Assembly (NCBI GenBank): GCA_964187785.1
Contig: OZ076409.1
Location: forward strand, 42,968,001 to 43,032,000
Reading direction: 5' to 3'
Source: Amphiscolops sp. MND2022
Lineage: Eukaryota
Length of the DNA: 64,000 nt
Shown here piece by piece: positions 40,941-55,004 of this stretch. Positions within the stretch are counted from its first letter, which is position 1. Each line of letters starts with the position of its first letter. A model generated the notes under the pieces. The model saw only the letters and a list, made by a program, of their open reading frames with translations, was not told the origin of the DNA and made no database searches. The translations under genes and the position numbers were made by a program.

Positions 40941-42909
40941 AGAAATCAAATGAACACTGGTGACATGTAATTACAAACCTCAACATTTAACTTTTCTGCT
41001 GGAATTAGTTTTTTCCCTCGGATCTATGTGACCAAGCTAGATGAATTTTTGCATGGCGTAGCATGTTTGTTTTGGGAAAACAATGTTACAGTTTTGAAGA
41101 AAAAATTTTTTCTTTTCGCTGCCTAGAAATAAGTGGAACGTACATGCAGAAGTTCAAGAATGGTCTTTGTTTTTCTCCTTTTCGAGGACCCAACCCGACA
41201 AATTATTTTATTTCATACACGTTAAAACTATGCTTTTAAATTTTGTTTATTCTAAATCGCCGACCCTAACCATTTTTCTAAAACTGTGCCCATGACCATA
41301 CCAACACCCTCTTTTTCATAACTCCCACCCCAGTGCTAAACCTCTCTGTCTTTTCCTCTTTTGAGCCCGCAATAACCCCCCCAATCAAATTGTTTAATAA
41401 TGACCTATTCAGGTGGCACGTGTCTGGTATTCAAAAACCGATGACCGCAAGACCTTACTAGACCTATTAATTTACGCAGTATGTGTTGATGTCTCAGACC
41501 CACGCAACTTTCTGTACCTCCGGAAAAAAAATACTCAGGATTTACTTGAGAAAAGTAAGGACTTAAACAAGTTATGAAAAACGCGAGTCTTACAGTTATT
41601 AATTCGGATGAAATAACATGATGATGACGGGATGATGAGGACATTTTAGATGATACGTTTACAGTAGAAAAAGAGGAGGGGTTCGCTCTCCCATACCGCC
41701 CGAAAGTTTCTGGCGTGCTATCTGAAAACGAAGTTTTTGGGTTCATTGTAGCTCAAACTCGGACACCCAAGGTTCCGTATGAAGATGACAAACTCCACCC
41801 AACCCGGGCTTAGATGGGTTAAGCACAATAAGTTTTCTTCCCCCTCTACGGCTAGCTGCACCTCGTGAACCGCCCCAATTTCCCTACGAGTGATTATAAA
41901 CATTGTGCGAAAATATTGAGACTCTCAACCCAAATTCAGTGAGAAAGGGCCTTGTGCCATGTTGTTGGGCAGAGCGACGAGTAACGATTTTGAACGTTAC
42001 AAAACTCCTTATTACTGTCGACTTAGTGGATACAGGGTGTCCGGATGTTTTCTAGATAAACAAAAGCTAACACTTCAAGATTAGGGGCAGAGCGTCTAAC
42101 TTCATGGTACATTGAGTTGTCAAAAATTGACGGATTTTGCAAAGTAAATTTGGCGATTAACAAAACATTCAACGGCCAAAAAATTCACCTCATAAAGTTT
42201 TACTTCTAAACGTCAATAACTAAGACAGCGAGCAGAGAACCATTGAGGCCGGACCTGAATGTTGCTGAAAGTAATAAGACTACAGGAGACACCTTTGTTT
42301 GCTCGACAAATAGATTTCTAAATCAAACTCGGTATAACGAAGTGCATTATTCATAAAAAAAACTACTCATTACGAGATACTTGCTCTTCTCCACAGGATA
42401 ATTGGCTTTTAGAAAACTCTGCTTTGATTGGCCTCTCGCGGATCGTACCAGGCCTGTACAGCTAGTTTGGCTTAGGTGCTGGCTTGTTGGGGGACCAATC
42501 ATCGTGAAAATATTCTGTCGAGACTATTTTCGTCGAGAAGTAATCACGATACCTCCTCGGACATTACTTTGGAATGAAATATTCGATTTTTTATTTGACT
42601 GGGCAATGAAGCGAAGCCACCGAGAAGAACAAGAGTTCGAGGATGATTGAGTCCTTTGACTCCCCTAGTGTGTAAATGATTGGTGTTATATATGATGTTT
42701 AAATTGCCTATAATATTGTTTTTTTTTATTTTGATGTTATACTGGTTCATGAATACAGTAGATGTTATCAACGATCGGTGTTTTTTTATTAGAAATCATT
42801 TTGACCAGAGCCCAACCTCCTATCATAGCGTGTATGTTCAAACCATGTCCCACGATTCAGCCAACGACGTTAAGTTTATTCGGGAGAATAAAAATCCAGA
42901 AGGAAAGAG

Positions 42910-43738
42910 TGTGGAAAATTTAGCTTTTGACGTCTACAAAAGCCCATTGCTTTTCTGCGAAGCACGTACGATCAACAGAACTAGATTATTTACGCTTTTA
43001 AACTGTCGGAATAGTGAAAATTGCTGAAAAGGTTGACAATAGCGTGTTTCAATAAGGCTTATTTGGCAAATTGGGTGTTTACATAGAAAAGAACTTCCTA
43101 GGCAAACTTACCAAGTTGGTGAATAATGTCAGCAATGAAATTATTCGAATCGGCTAAGTCAAAGTAGATTTCTTAAAGCAAATTTTACTAAGTCTCACTT
43201 TTGAGCGGAAAACTTCTAAGATACCATACAAGGAATCCTCACCTTGCTAAATCGAAACCTCCCCAGTCAAGTTTTCTGAAAGACTATAAATCCTAGAGAC
43301 CTGAAAATTGGCACACGTATACCTGAGCTGTTATGCTACGCGCCCAAAAAAACGGAATCAAATCGACACCCCCCAACCCTGGGCTATTAGCACCGGAAGT
43401 GACCTAGGTCGACCCCCCTATGAACTTGTCGGCAAAGCACGAAACATGTTAGATAAGGTATGGAGTTCATAGCCCCTAGGATATTAGGCCGTTTGCGCAA
43501 ATTTTCGGAACCCCACCGACGCGTGCGTGTAGAAGGAGCACGGACCCAAAGAAAATAAACCCCGAATGTTATGTAAATCGCCACCAGTTGACCCGAAGAA
43601 CATGAAACTTGCCCAAGATGTTCACCAAACCAACCCTGAGTAATATACATGAAAGATACATTAAGCGGCGCACCACGCGCGAGGTAATGTTTGTTTAAGA
43701 CACGCGGGACCGGACGCACGGGATCGACCAAGAAAAGA
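42910..43738. repeat. Dispersed ~800-bp repeat, copy 2
   Basis: Direct copy of 36199-37000. Confidence 0.85.
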
Positions 43739-44864
43739 CCGGAATTGACACAAACTTCAGCCTAAGTTTTTTTCGGCAGTTTATTCAGTTTATTCATGCT
43801 TAGTAAAAGTTTTTTCCCTACTTCGGTGCTAAAGGTTCATCGGAAAGACATTTTCTTATTTTTAGTCAGTGCTGAATCCACCTTTATGTCAATCTTGACT
43901 AATGGTTTTACTTCGTTTTCAATGGGTTGTAAGGGGAGGTTTTACTGACTCAATTTTTCCCGCTTTTGCAGACACGAATTCAACTTCGTCTCAATGATTG
44001 ATATTTTTTGTCAGATCCCCTTTTCCCATACAACTCCTGACAACTAACATTCTTCAGCAAAATGTTGTTGATGGAAATAGCTCCCAACAATTTACAACGA
44101 CCTGAAAGAAGATTTTTTTCACATTCCAAAAAGTTGATTTTTGAGTTGCACGTTCTAAGTACAAAAACTAGGTGTTCCAATCATTGGGACCGAAAACCAA
44201 TTACATCCTCTGTAAGTGGTTTATAAAGTGCTACAAAGTTTTTTCTTTCGCTACCTTTCTATTTCGACTCTTTCACGATTAAAAAAACCCTGAAATAAAA
44301 GAGTCAAAAATCTGGTATCGACTTTTGCAAAAATCTCAAATTTGGAAAGCTCGTACTCATTCTTTTCGAACGGTACACCGTGGGGGCCTATGTACATCGC
44401 TACCCCAAACCATTAGAGTATTTTGCGTTTTAGATGAGGTCTCTATTTTTTTTCAACAAAATTTGGTGGCACTATTTCTGGACACAGTCGTTTTCCAAAT
44501 TTCTGTGGCTTGACCTCCAACTTTAGAGGTCAATATCACAAAACCAGCTCGTTTTTCGAAAAAATTTTCTGCTATAGGCTGTGCACCATACTCTTGTGCG
44601 TCTACCCTGAAAATTTCAGCTCGATATAGCTCAAAACTTGCGGCGGGGGATAGCATTTTTTTGAGGCTGATTTTACTATTTTAAAATAAAATCACAACAT
44701 TCAATTCTTGGGAGTTTTTCGGTAGTGCACAGAAGCGTTCTCTGTCGCCGGGTTTTCCCTGCGAGATGTCCGGGACGCAGCATAGGTGATCAGCTCAACC
44801 CGCTCCTTCCTGCCTTATTAGACCCGAAGACCCAGCACTAACTTTCGCCAGGGTCACAAACTTT

Positions 44865-45481
44865 AACAAGACGGGAACGTCTAAAGTCGGCGCTAAACCT
44901 AAGGCTCAAGAAGCGCAAAGTTTTCTAAATATGCTCAGGACGTATTCATGAAAAGCTTTGAAAACACTTTCGAGACACCCAAAGTGTGCCTTTCATGCTC
45001 GATATGACTGGAAAATCACTGTTTCCCGACTGGGAACAAAAATTGAAATTTTTTTGAAAAAAATTTTTTTGAAAAAAACTACTTCGAAAATGTCGCATAG
45101 TGCCGAAAAATGAAAAGGGCGGACCCTTTGGGACTCAATAACATACATTCTGTTGCAAAATATCAAAATACTCGAATGGGGGGCGCTTTTGAGACCTTAA
45201 AAAATTTTTGAAAAAAATTTTGCACAGTGCCGAAAAAAATTGAAAGGGGGACCCTTTGGTCTCTTCCGGTTTTGTAGGTTACGTAAAAAAAGGTAAAAAA
45301 TGAAAGGGGGACCCTTTGCACTAAGTTTCCATTGGCCTGACTTGGCCTGAGTAATTTTATCAGTTTCTGTAAAAAGTGGTACATACGCGATGAGCTCTGT
45401 GGTCTGACGAAAAAAAAGAAAAAAAACTAGCCATTGTAATAGTCGGGCTTTTTCCCTAAAGAAAAAGGCGCCGACTAAAAA
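44865..45481 (-). mobile_element. HINE/DINE-1-like element
   Basis: AACAAGACGGGAACGTCTAAAGTCGGCGC ... AGTCGGGC..GGCGCCGACTAAAAA. Confidence 0.72.
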
Positions 45482-46006
45482 CATTCAGACTTTTTCATAA
45501 ACTGAGGTACTTTTTCTCAAATAGTTGTTTTTGTTGCGATTTCTTATCATTGTATAAGTTTAAGTGTTCGTTGGTGTTGATTCGCATGGCTTGATGCTTT
45601 CATTGGTTCGATCATTACAACGAATTAATCGTTGACAAAACAAAAGAAAAAGAAAAAACCCAATAACCAAATTAACTAGTCATTAGTGACGATGTTGCTA
45701 CTTGACCAGAACCAAACTCTTTATTTCGTTACCAGTTTTATCATGGGAAATCACGTTACACATGGTCATAAATCCCTTAAAGTAACCAAGTGTTTATAGC
45801 ATGTCTATACAGTTATATCTCATGATCAGTAAGATGTTTCAGTCAAAGAACAGCATATTGGATTTATACATTCTCGTACCTGTAATTTATAGGGCGTTAT
45901 GCAGTTTGTATTAAACAGCATATGCGGTGTTTTGGATGAATCAGCATAATGGTTTAGTACGCGTTTACGCTTATACTTCATACTACGCTCTGCAGAATTA
46001 GTCATA

Positions 46007-46235
46007 AAACAGCATGATGATCTAACTCAGAAACAGCATATACGGAAATCACACAGAAACAACATGATGATCTAACTTAGAAACAGCATATGAGGGAATC
46101 ACACAGAAACAACATTATGATCCAACTTAGAAACAGCGCATGCAGGAATCACACAGGAACAGCATCATGCTCTGACTTAAGGACAGTATATGCAGTAATT
46201 TAAAGAGAGCAGCATGACGTTTACACTCAAAAACA
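46007..46235. repeat. Minisatellite, ~50-bp unit (24+26 dimer of AAACAGCAT-led monomers), about 4.5 copies
   Basis: AAACAGCATGATGATCTAACTCAG-AAACAGCATATACGGAAATCACACAG repeated. Confidence 0.85.
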
Positions 46236-46442
46236 GCATATTGAACACCAGCGAGGCAATACTACCAAATTACATTGCGTTATGCGGTTTTCATAAAACT
46301 GCTAATACAGAATCATAATGACAAACAGCATAAATTGTATAATATTCCGCATTTATCCGCCGCTATCACGGCGCTATTGTTAGACTTTCTAGGGATGTGA
46401 TGTCATGGTTTTTTTTATCCCCTGACCCCAGAAACATGAAGT

Positions 46443-47249
46443 TGTGATGATTCGCATAAAATTGATGGTCATGGTACCAAAAAAACCACCCACTGAAATC
46501 ATTCAGAGAGACCCTTAAAATTACTTTTCCCACAACCATTCAACAAAACACACACACAATACAGTCACTCAATTCCTCAATTAACCCACATTTCCCGAAC
46601 TTTGCAGTTTCTTTTCTGGAAAGATAACACTCACAACTTCATTTTTCATAAGCTCTTTGAAATTCAAAGATTTCCACACGCAACTTTGCTTTTCATCATG
46701 AGAAATGAAAGAAACAAACAATTAAGGAGAGTTGAGTCTCAATCTAGAGACAGAGAAGCAAACTTTTCAGAGAGAAGCATTTTCCAAGGTATTGCGACTT
46801 TAACTAATGTTTCTTAAAACGCTGATAATGTTTTTGACAGTAATCTAGGTAGCGAACTAACAGCCTCATCACAAGTCAGCAATGAGATAGATGTCATTTC
46901 GCAAAGATTGACTGAACAAAACAATACTAAAATGACGCAAATTGAAGAACAGCTAAACAGCACATTTAAGAAAAACTCAAAGAGATTAGAGTAGATAGAA
47001 ACAGTTGCATAAGATCTGATGAAGAGGATGACAAGTATAATAGACCAGGTCCATCTAACGTAGAAAATTGAACTCTCAGGAAAAACACGCATCAAATATA
47101 CCAATATACAGAGACAAAATCAGGATGATCGCTCCAGCCTTCAGAAAAGCATGAGTTAAGACAACCATACACTCACCTGGGAGTTGTGGACGAAACTCTA
47201 GATGAAAACATCATAATAAACGAGAATATACCGGAAGCCGATCATCACA
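46443..47249 (+). mobile_element. Solo-LTR-like remnant with decayed gag-like N-terminal ORF
   Basis: Terminal inverted TGTGATGAT...ATCATCACA. Frameshifted MRNERNKQLRRVESQSRDRE.../...QRLTEQNNTKMTQIEEQLN. No TSD seen. Confidence 0.55.
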
Positions 47250-50200
47250 CTCACTTTATTACTTTATTCACTCATCCACTTCAATTATTAATTACGCTGC
47301 AGAGGGGGCGGCTTTTGTACGCTTTCACGTTGAATCCCAAGCGCTAACATGCGAAAAACGTTAGTTTTGGTCAAATTTAGGCCTTTAACGTTCGCTGGCA
47401 AAAATTTTAAAAACCTCTGAACTGCTGAATATTATTTATTTTTCAAACAACACAAGTTAGACAGTTCATTTATCTTGGCTTCAAGCTATTTTCAAACCTT
47501 TTGGACAATTGTAGCGATCACACAAAATTTTTGAAAGAAATTTAGAAAGTCATTAAAAGAGTCATTTTTGGAAGTTCGTCAAAAATTTTCAAGCACTTGT
47601 TTTCAAAGCCTCCCCCGGCCAAATTTTGTTGTCGCACAAGGCTTATATTTTCAACTTTCCATTGGATGGGCTATCGAATGCTGCAAACTGTTTGTTGCTA
47701 TTTTGTTTCATCTCCGAGAAATCGGTTTGTTTATATTTGATTAAGAGGGGGTATAATTCAAATGTGTGCGGTGGCCGTTTTCTTATTAGCTGTGCGTGCA
47801 GCCACTCACAGCGCGTTCTCAATTTCTTTCCTTTCGCTTTCTAACACGCTTTGGTGACTTGCACTCTATGCTCATACCGCTCACTGTGAAGTTTCACTCT
47901 CGCCTACCGTGAAACTCACGTATTAACATAGCATTTTGACTAACTTTCGGTCAAATCTGTTCGGATTTTGCTTCGCAAATCATATTTCTTCATAAGGAAC
48001 TTAATGAAAGTTGTAACTGACGAAAAAATTCAGTTAGTTTCGAATAGCTCTTAAGGCATTTGGATAGCTCGTTTGTTTGTATTTGCGTCATATTTGCGTC
48101 ATAGGCTCTTAAGCGATGAGGAACTTCACTGCTGTAAATTCCGCTATCAGCGCAATTTTTGAGGAAGGGAGATTCTCCTAGTTGTGGACACCTGTCAACC
48201 TTTTTCGTTTGATAATTCCCCATCCTTTTGTAAGTCAGACCCCAGCAACCCATCCAATGGTTTCCAAAGATGACAGGTGACGACATCAGTACTTGTTCAT
48301 TTACACCTAGTTGTTTCTTCTTTAGTAAGCTCTGAATTACTTGACGAAATATATTTTAATATTTCAAAAATGAAAATAAGAAACAGTTCAAGCTTAGTGT
48401 CTATGTTTGAACTAGAACTAGCGGCAGTAGCTGAAAAAAACTAGGCAAGTTGATCGAATTGAACGGAAGTCCACGTCATGAATGACTGGCAGTTCAGTGG
48501 AGAAAACAGCAAAGTATTGACCGAATAGTCATATCCGCCTGACTCTGTCTTAAGCTGAATGCACACCGTTTTCCTTCAAAGGATTAATTACACATTTAGT
48601 GGTTGTGCTCAATATTTTTTACAAGTATGGGATACGAGTTGAATTGGAAAAAGAACCCAATTTGTAAAACATTAATGCTTTTCGGATGGAAACAATTGGC
48701 CAATTCTCGCAATCAAAAAAAGCATAGAAACATCCAGGCGAGCTAACTAATTCAATGGTTAGAACTGAATAAAATTTCAACCAAATAGTTTTTCAGGATC
48801 CAAATTAGCATTTTTCTTTATCCACAATCACATCAAAATTGTGTTGAAAATTCTGATGCGGTTTATTTGCATTCAGTACGCACCAATTGCATTTGAGAAT
48901 TGTTCAAAAGATCATTACGGCGGTAAGTCCTACGTAGAAGGACTATTTTCAAAGTATGATTGTTGGAACCTACAATTACATAGAAAGTAGTAATCTTAAC
49001 GAAGTTTTTGAAGACAAAAATTCCAAGTCAAGTATGATTTCAAGTTTTAGCGGCAAGGTTAGTAGTTAATCCATGCTACCCATCCTTTGACTTCCATCCA
49101 TGATTCATCGCTCGGCATGTCATGCATGGGCCATGTCATGGAACGTTAATGGGAATCCATGAATCATGGATGATAATGCATGGAATCAATTTTGAAACTC
49201 GGCCAAAGCGGTTTCAAATCGTTGTTGTAACTCTGACAGTGCTTTATAATGAAATCATCTCAGCGAACGCGAACAGTGTAACAATTTGTTCCTCAAAGGA
49301 AAAACTACAGAACTGTTTTGATGTCATGTCCCCATGAAAGAAAGGAAAAAACCAAATTGTACGTAAAGCGTCGAGAGGGCTTCAAGTAAGTACAAATCAC
49401 GATTGCTTCACTTTGTCGTTATTAGCCAATCAGCCAATCATATTCAGTAGAAACTGAACAAAAAGTGAGAGAAGGCAATGAATATACATGACTAAGACAA
49501 CGTAATAGATTGTCATGGTTTCTCCATTAGTCAAACATCAACAGCGAGTGGAGAAAATGACAAAAAACTCATTAACACCTTTAGCTGTAACAACACACAC
49601 ACACTGTTGATCAAAAACCCAAAATGACAGGCAGAATCTCGGAAAAACACTGCAATTATTCACAGACATTCCGATAATCAGTCAAACGTACTTAAACGCT
49701 CTCTTTCTTGTTTCATTTCAGTTACTTTTTGAAAAAATTTTGACTGGTATTATCTTTCTTTGGGGGAATTTGTCTACACTAAATTACTTTTTCAATCATT
49801 AAAACCATTTGAAAGATGAAAAGTTTATTTGATTGGAAAGGAGGATACCACTTTCACGTTAAGAGGAAATAACAATCCAATCTGGCATTTTTTAGCTTGT
49901 GGTAGAAACATTTCCACAGTAATCGCGTATCTGCAAAGTAGTTCCTCATTCTTCACAAAACACTCACAAAATGGACAAAGGAGATGACTGTGAAATAACA
50001 AAAACCTTAATCGTCAGAAATCGATCTTGATTATCGGTTAGGAGGAAGATTTGTAGATTTGCAGTCCAGAATAGAGGAGTCGGAATTTCTTTTGAACGGG
50101 ATTGTGGAAACGGAGGAGCAATAACACTCTTCAAGCAACGGAACGAGACTGCTATGTAGAACAAGCCGGGAACGGCCCAAGTCGGCGGCATATCTAAGGC

Positions 50201-50596
50201 TCAAAAATATCAAAAGGACTTCAAAGTGTCAAGTATTCTCTTCTACAGTGCCCGCATGAGAAAAAAATTGAAAAAAAATTACCGAATTTTTTGAAATTTT
50301 TTTGAAGTTTCCGGTACGTCGCATAGTGCCGAAAAATGTAAAAGCGGGCCCTTTGGGAGTTTTTGAATATCCATTGTTTTGCAAAATAGAAAAAATTGAA
50401 GGGGGACCATTTGCAGACGTTGAGTTGAAAAAGTTTGCGAAAAAATGTCTCACAAAGCCGAAATAACCCGCACAAAAAATTTTTGGTCAAGGGCGAGACT
50501 CGAACGTACGTCCTGCTGCTTGGCAGACGTCAAAAATCCTCAAAAAATCAGAAGCATAAGAAGTTACATTAGTGTGGCAGTTAGTGGAAGCCAGCT

Positions 50597-53500
50597 CGTC
50601 ATGGTTTGGTCCCTGCATGTGGGGACGAGAGCAGTTATCAAAAACCAAACCAACGCGAGGTGGGGAACAACTCACTGAGGGACCAAGGTTCACACGGAGA
50701 ACGTCACACCTCGCACACCCGAAAACGTCGGAGAAAAGCCGCCTTCGACGTCACAAGCCAGGCGATAACGTTGGTTTTTCGGTGGAGGGACCAGGTCAAC
50801 CTGCCTACTGGGCCCTGCTAATCTTGGAGGCAGGAGATGTGGAACAAAACCCCGGGCCTACAAACAGCTCGATATGCAACAAAGAGTTCATCGATGAGAA
50901 ATAAGCAGCAGTATGGTGCCACCTCGGAGGTTGGGTCCACCTGAAATGTACACATCTCAAGAGGATCAGACAGTGGGTCGCAGATTTTGTGTGTCAGAAG
51001 TGCGAGTGGTGCACTAAAGCTATGTCACCGGCGGAGGACCCCACACCCGATCCAGAAACATGAGACGAGAAAAAGAAACGACGACAAAACGAAAAAGCAG
51101 AACGAAGAAGGAGAAGGAAGCACATACGGCATAAAAATTGGGGGAGACGCGAGCCAGCCTGAAAGGAAGAGCAACAGCAACTGAAATCTGGACCTGAAAC
51201 ATACAGCGGGCCAGAGTAGCCTTCCCGAAAAGGAACAGGTTCTGCGAAATCCTGAAAACGATTGGCAAGAGCGCTGCGGAAGTGGTAATGTTAACAAAGA
51301 TGAAAGAAACTGAAACCAGAATGAAGTGGATCAAATCAGAAGACCTGTATGGCGTCCTTGTTCACGGAAAGAAAAACGGGGTGCTGCTTAGAGACGACTG
51401 GGGCAGTTAAGTGGAAAGAACAAGGATGCAAGCGTTACTGTGGAGAAAGATGCACATCAGTCGAAGCGGACGGTACTGGTTTTATAGCAATATATCAGCC
51501 TCTAGGAAACAGCGACGTGGTGGAGTTCGCCGCGTACCGCGAAGAGCTGAACGGCCTAATCCTGAAGTGCAAACAAAAGACAAAGCTGATAATTGGATGG
51601 GGATCTGAACTCGAGCGTTGGTAACGACACAAAGAGAGAAAAGGACGAAGTGGCTGGTCCTTATGGTCTCGGCTCAACGAACTCGGCTGGCGAAAACCTC
51701 ATCAACTGGTGTCACGAACAAAACCTGTCCTTTGTCGAGTCTTTCTTCAACTACAAACGGCGAAGCACGTGGAAATGCCCGGCAAGGGGCACGTGGCATG
51801 AGCTAGACGAGTTGCTAGAGAAACAGCAACAGAGGAGCAGACTAGTGAAGATACGAGAGAACGATATACGAGTTGCTGACGACGACAGACAACACGACAA
51901 AGCGCTCCGAAGACAGAGCCACGGAAGCACCGAAACAACTGGAAGTGAGCATCAGCTACATAGAATTCAAACACGAACTAGCACAGATGAAGGACAGCGG
52001 TATAGACGGAGTAACAGTAAACGCAGTAAAGTCTCTGACAGAGAGCAACAAACACAAACTATTCCAATGCATGTTGAAATTACTGGACAAACCGCCGCTA
52101 ACATTCCCCGACGAAACCAAAGAAGGATGGGTAGTGCCGCTGCATAAAAAAGGCTCCCGAAATGATCTCAACAATTACAGAGGCGTATCTCTGCTGCCGC
52201 TGATTAGCTGCATAGTAGTCAAAATTGTCGCCACAAGAATAAGAGTATGGGCAGAAACACTGGATATACTTGGGGAAAACCAGAACGGTTTCCGCATCGG
52301 CCGATCAACCTGCGACGCCACCCAGATAGTACTCCGAATAGACGAGGAAACCCGCAGAGTTCTCGGATACTGCGAAGTAGTGAAGCAGGGAAGGAAGGTC
52401 TGAGCAGCGAATGGATACCAGCGCGAGGCCTGAGAGAGGGTTGCGCAACCTCACCAACCCTGTTTAATATATACCATGCGGATGCCATGAGAATAGCACA
52501 ATCCAAAAGAAAAGAAAAGGCGAAAGAACAACAATAGGAGTGCGGACTGACATGGACATGGACACCTGGTAACTGCTTACCGGCAGCTGAACCATCAAGA
52601 ATTCTACACAGCAAGAAAAGCGAGACCATAAACATAACAGACACACTGTTCGCAGATGACTCAACGTTAGTCGGATGGACCGATGAACTGGCGACTGGGA
52701 AAGAATTGGTCAAAGAATCCATGCTGGAGTTCGACGAGAAATGCCACGACGGCAAAGAAGATTCCATAGCCTTCGGGACGGTAGGCGCCCAATCAACAAG
52801 AATGCTAGGCACCCTCCTGGGCTGGATAGAGGACTGTAACGCCAGAATAAAACGAGGTAACGCCGCCTGGGCAAAAGTACGCAAATGGCTATGGAGATCC
52901 ACCTTGAGTAAACGAACAAAAGCCTTCGTAATCCAAGCAGTTGTTGAATCAACCATGTTCTTTGACGGTAACGCTCGCTCGTGGAGACTTTCGGACATCA
53001 AGAAACTGCAGAGCGTGGCCGACCGATGCTACAGATTCATATGGAACAACGGGAAAAGCAGGGCTTTGATAAGAATGCAGGAAGAAAAAACCAACAGCTA
53101 TGAAGTACGGCGACAGCTTAACATCACGTCCATACGAACAAAGATCGAAACAAGATGCCTAGAAAGGATTGGACACGTCCTTCGGATGCCCAACAACCGT
53201 CTCACGAAACAAGTCGTTTTGGGGCACTGGAAAAAAGAACGCAGGTCGGAAGGAAGACTGAACGGAGGTATCCTAAACTATTGGAGACGGATAGTGAAAG
53301 AAACCGGCGAGGACTGGACTAACTCAGAAAATTCGTGCAAAGATAGGAAGAGTTGGAAGGCAATCATTTCAAAACTAAGAAAATTCCTCAGAGAATGGGA
53401 AGAATCTATGCGCAAACACACGCGAGGAGAAGAAAAAGCACAAAAAACGCAAATGAGAATAACAAAAGATCTGACATGCCGCTGGGAAGGGTGCGGAAAG

Positions 53501-53933
53501 AAATGCAGAACAAAGACAGGCCTAGTACAACATGAACGAAAGACACAAAGAGTTGACAAAAAAGCACAAATGCCCAAAATGTAGAGCAGAATTCAAAGAA
53601 TACACCAACCTGACAAATCATGTAAAAGCGTGCCGAGGCACAGTAAGAGGAACATGTCCAGACTGCGGAAGAAAAGTGCTACCGACAAACATGGCCACAC
53701 ACAGACGAGAAAACTGCCCAAACCAAAACCAACAACAACGGCAAAAGAGAGACACGAACCAAATAGAAGGAATAGAAATCAACAGATTCACAGGAAAAGA
53801 TGAACGACGATCATGCCCTGAAGGAAGCGGGGCCTGGATCACAGCGAAAAACATGGCCCGACACCGAAATAACAACTGTCCTCGTGGGAAGCAACCAAGG
53901 CCCCTGGAGGGCGTAAATGGAAAATGATGATGA
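50597..53933 (+). mobile_element. RTE-like non-LTR retrotransposon (2A peptide, PHD, APE, RT, C-terminal zinc fingers), decayed with internal deletions
   Basis: 16-bp TSD TTAGTGGAAGCCAGCT (50581-50596, 53934-53949); (ATG)n 3' tail. APE: GDLNSSVG, TWHELD. RT: NYRGVSLL, QNGFRIGRST, GLREGCATSPTLFNIY, LFADD. Also GHVLRMPNNRL and several CxxC..H zinc fingers. Confidence 0.93.
50809..50859 (+). other. 2A-like (StopGo) ribosomal skipping peptide
   Basis: WALLILEAGDVEQNPGP matches the D(V/I)ExNPGP consensus. Confidence 0.9.
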
Positions 53934-54189
53934 TTAGTGGAAGCCAGCTTATAAAGCTTATAAAATCTGTCACTTCGTTGGTTTCAAAAAAAAAGAAAAG
54001 TCACTACTATAGTCTGTGTTTTTCTACGAGAAGCGCCGACTAAAAAACGGAAGTAGTTTCGACTGTTTACTTTAATACAAAAGCAACTGTTGAAATATGC
54101 TGAAGTTGAAGCAGGGGCTCGATACTAGTATCTCAAGGATTGCGATCAAGATAAAAGACACACAATGATCGCAACAAGCGTTTTTTCAC

Positions 54190-54723
54190 TACCCTTGTTG
54201 GACATGCTTTACTTTTTACATGTACTTTAATGTTGCCATCAACTTTTATTATGACTTTCTAAATATCGTACGGAAACTTTAATGCGTTTATATTTCCCTG
54301 TTGTCGCCAACTTATATCAAGCTGCTTTAACGAATCATCAAAGTTTTGGCAGCAATTTCAAGCCGTGAAGTTTTGCAGGTTTCAATATGCATCAGGTCTA
54401 ATTTTAAATGAAGCTGAGACGTCAACACTTTTGCCGCCATTTCAATGCAAATTAACTTCATTCACAATGTAAATAGCAAACTAGCGTCATCTTCAGCGTC
54501 CTATTTGAGAAGCGGTGATTAAATCAGATGAGTATTTGAGAAATCAATGTGTGAATACAACGTGATCGTGTCCGTGGAAGAAGTGTGAAATATTTTCAAA
54601 TTTAATTGCAGTAGTGGAAAATGCAGTGTAATTGTACAAGATTTACCACCGGAACCTTGCTGAATATTTTCTAGGTTTTTTAAAAAATTACCCTGCATGC
54701 AGGCCTGCAGCATTTAAAAAGTT
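54190..54723. mobile_element. MITE family A, copy without the nested insertion
   Basis: Colinear with 2794-3214 plus 4115-4218. Confidence 0.8.
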
Positions 54724-55004
54724 GATTCAATTACAAAGATCTCAGGTTCAAACTTCAACGAACTATACTTCAAAACTTGTCAAACCCTATTTTGCGACCA
54801 AAATATCTGTATTAACATATTGGCCCAACTGATTTGTTATCTAGTTAAAATACCTTTCAATCTCTCAAATTTTTGGATAAACTTTGTTTTCAAAAAAATT
54901 CCTTGCGGTTCTACTGGAGATCGTTTACCTAATTGTAGCGCGGATTTATAATCTCTACCTAAAAAATTTAAACTTAGTTTTCAGTCTCCAAAAATTTGCT
55001 CCAT

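Larger units (their letters stand above)
50160..54047 (-). mobile_element. HINE/DINE-1-like element interrupted by a LINE
   Basis: AACAAGCCGGGAACGGCCCAAGTCGGCG at 50160 and AGCGCCGACTAAAAAA near 54047. Confidence 0.7.

Noticed and set aside
36199..43738. The two ~800-bp direct repeats as LTRs of one element enclosing 37-43 kb
   Set aside because: They are too diverged, have no matching CA end or TSD, and the PBS lies 1.2 kb away from the first repeat.
44720..44862. GC-rich patch as a possible ribozyme or ncRNA
   Set aside because: No canonical hammerhead or HDV core could be fitted; likely a TE fragment.
46007..46235. CRISPR-like repeat/spacer array
   Set aside because: The spacers are themselves repeated and the context is eukaryotic; this is a minisatellite.
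52219..53001. 260-aa minus-strand ORF
   Set aside because: It is the antisense shadow of the LINE RT region.
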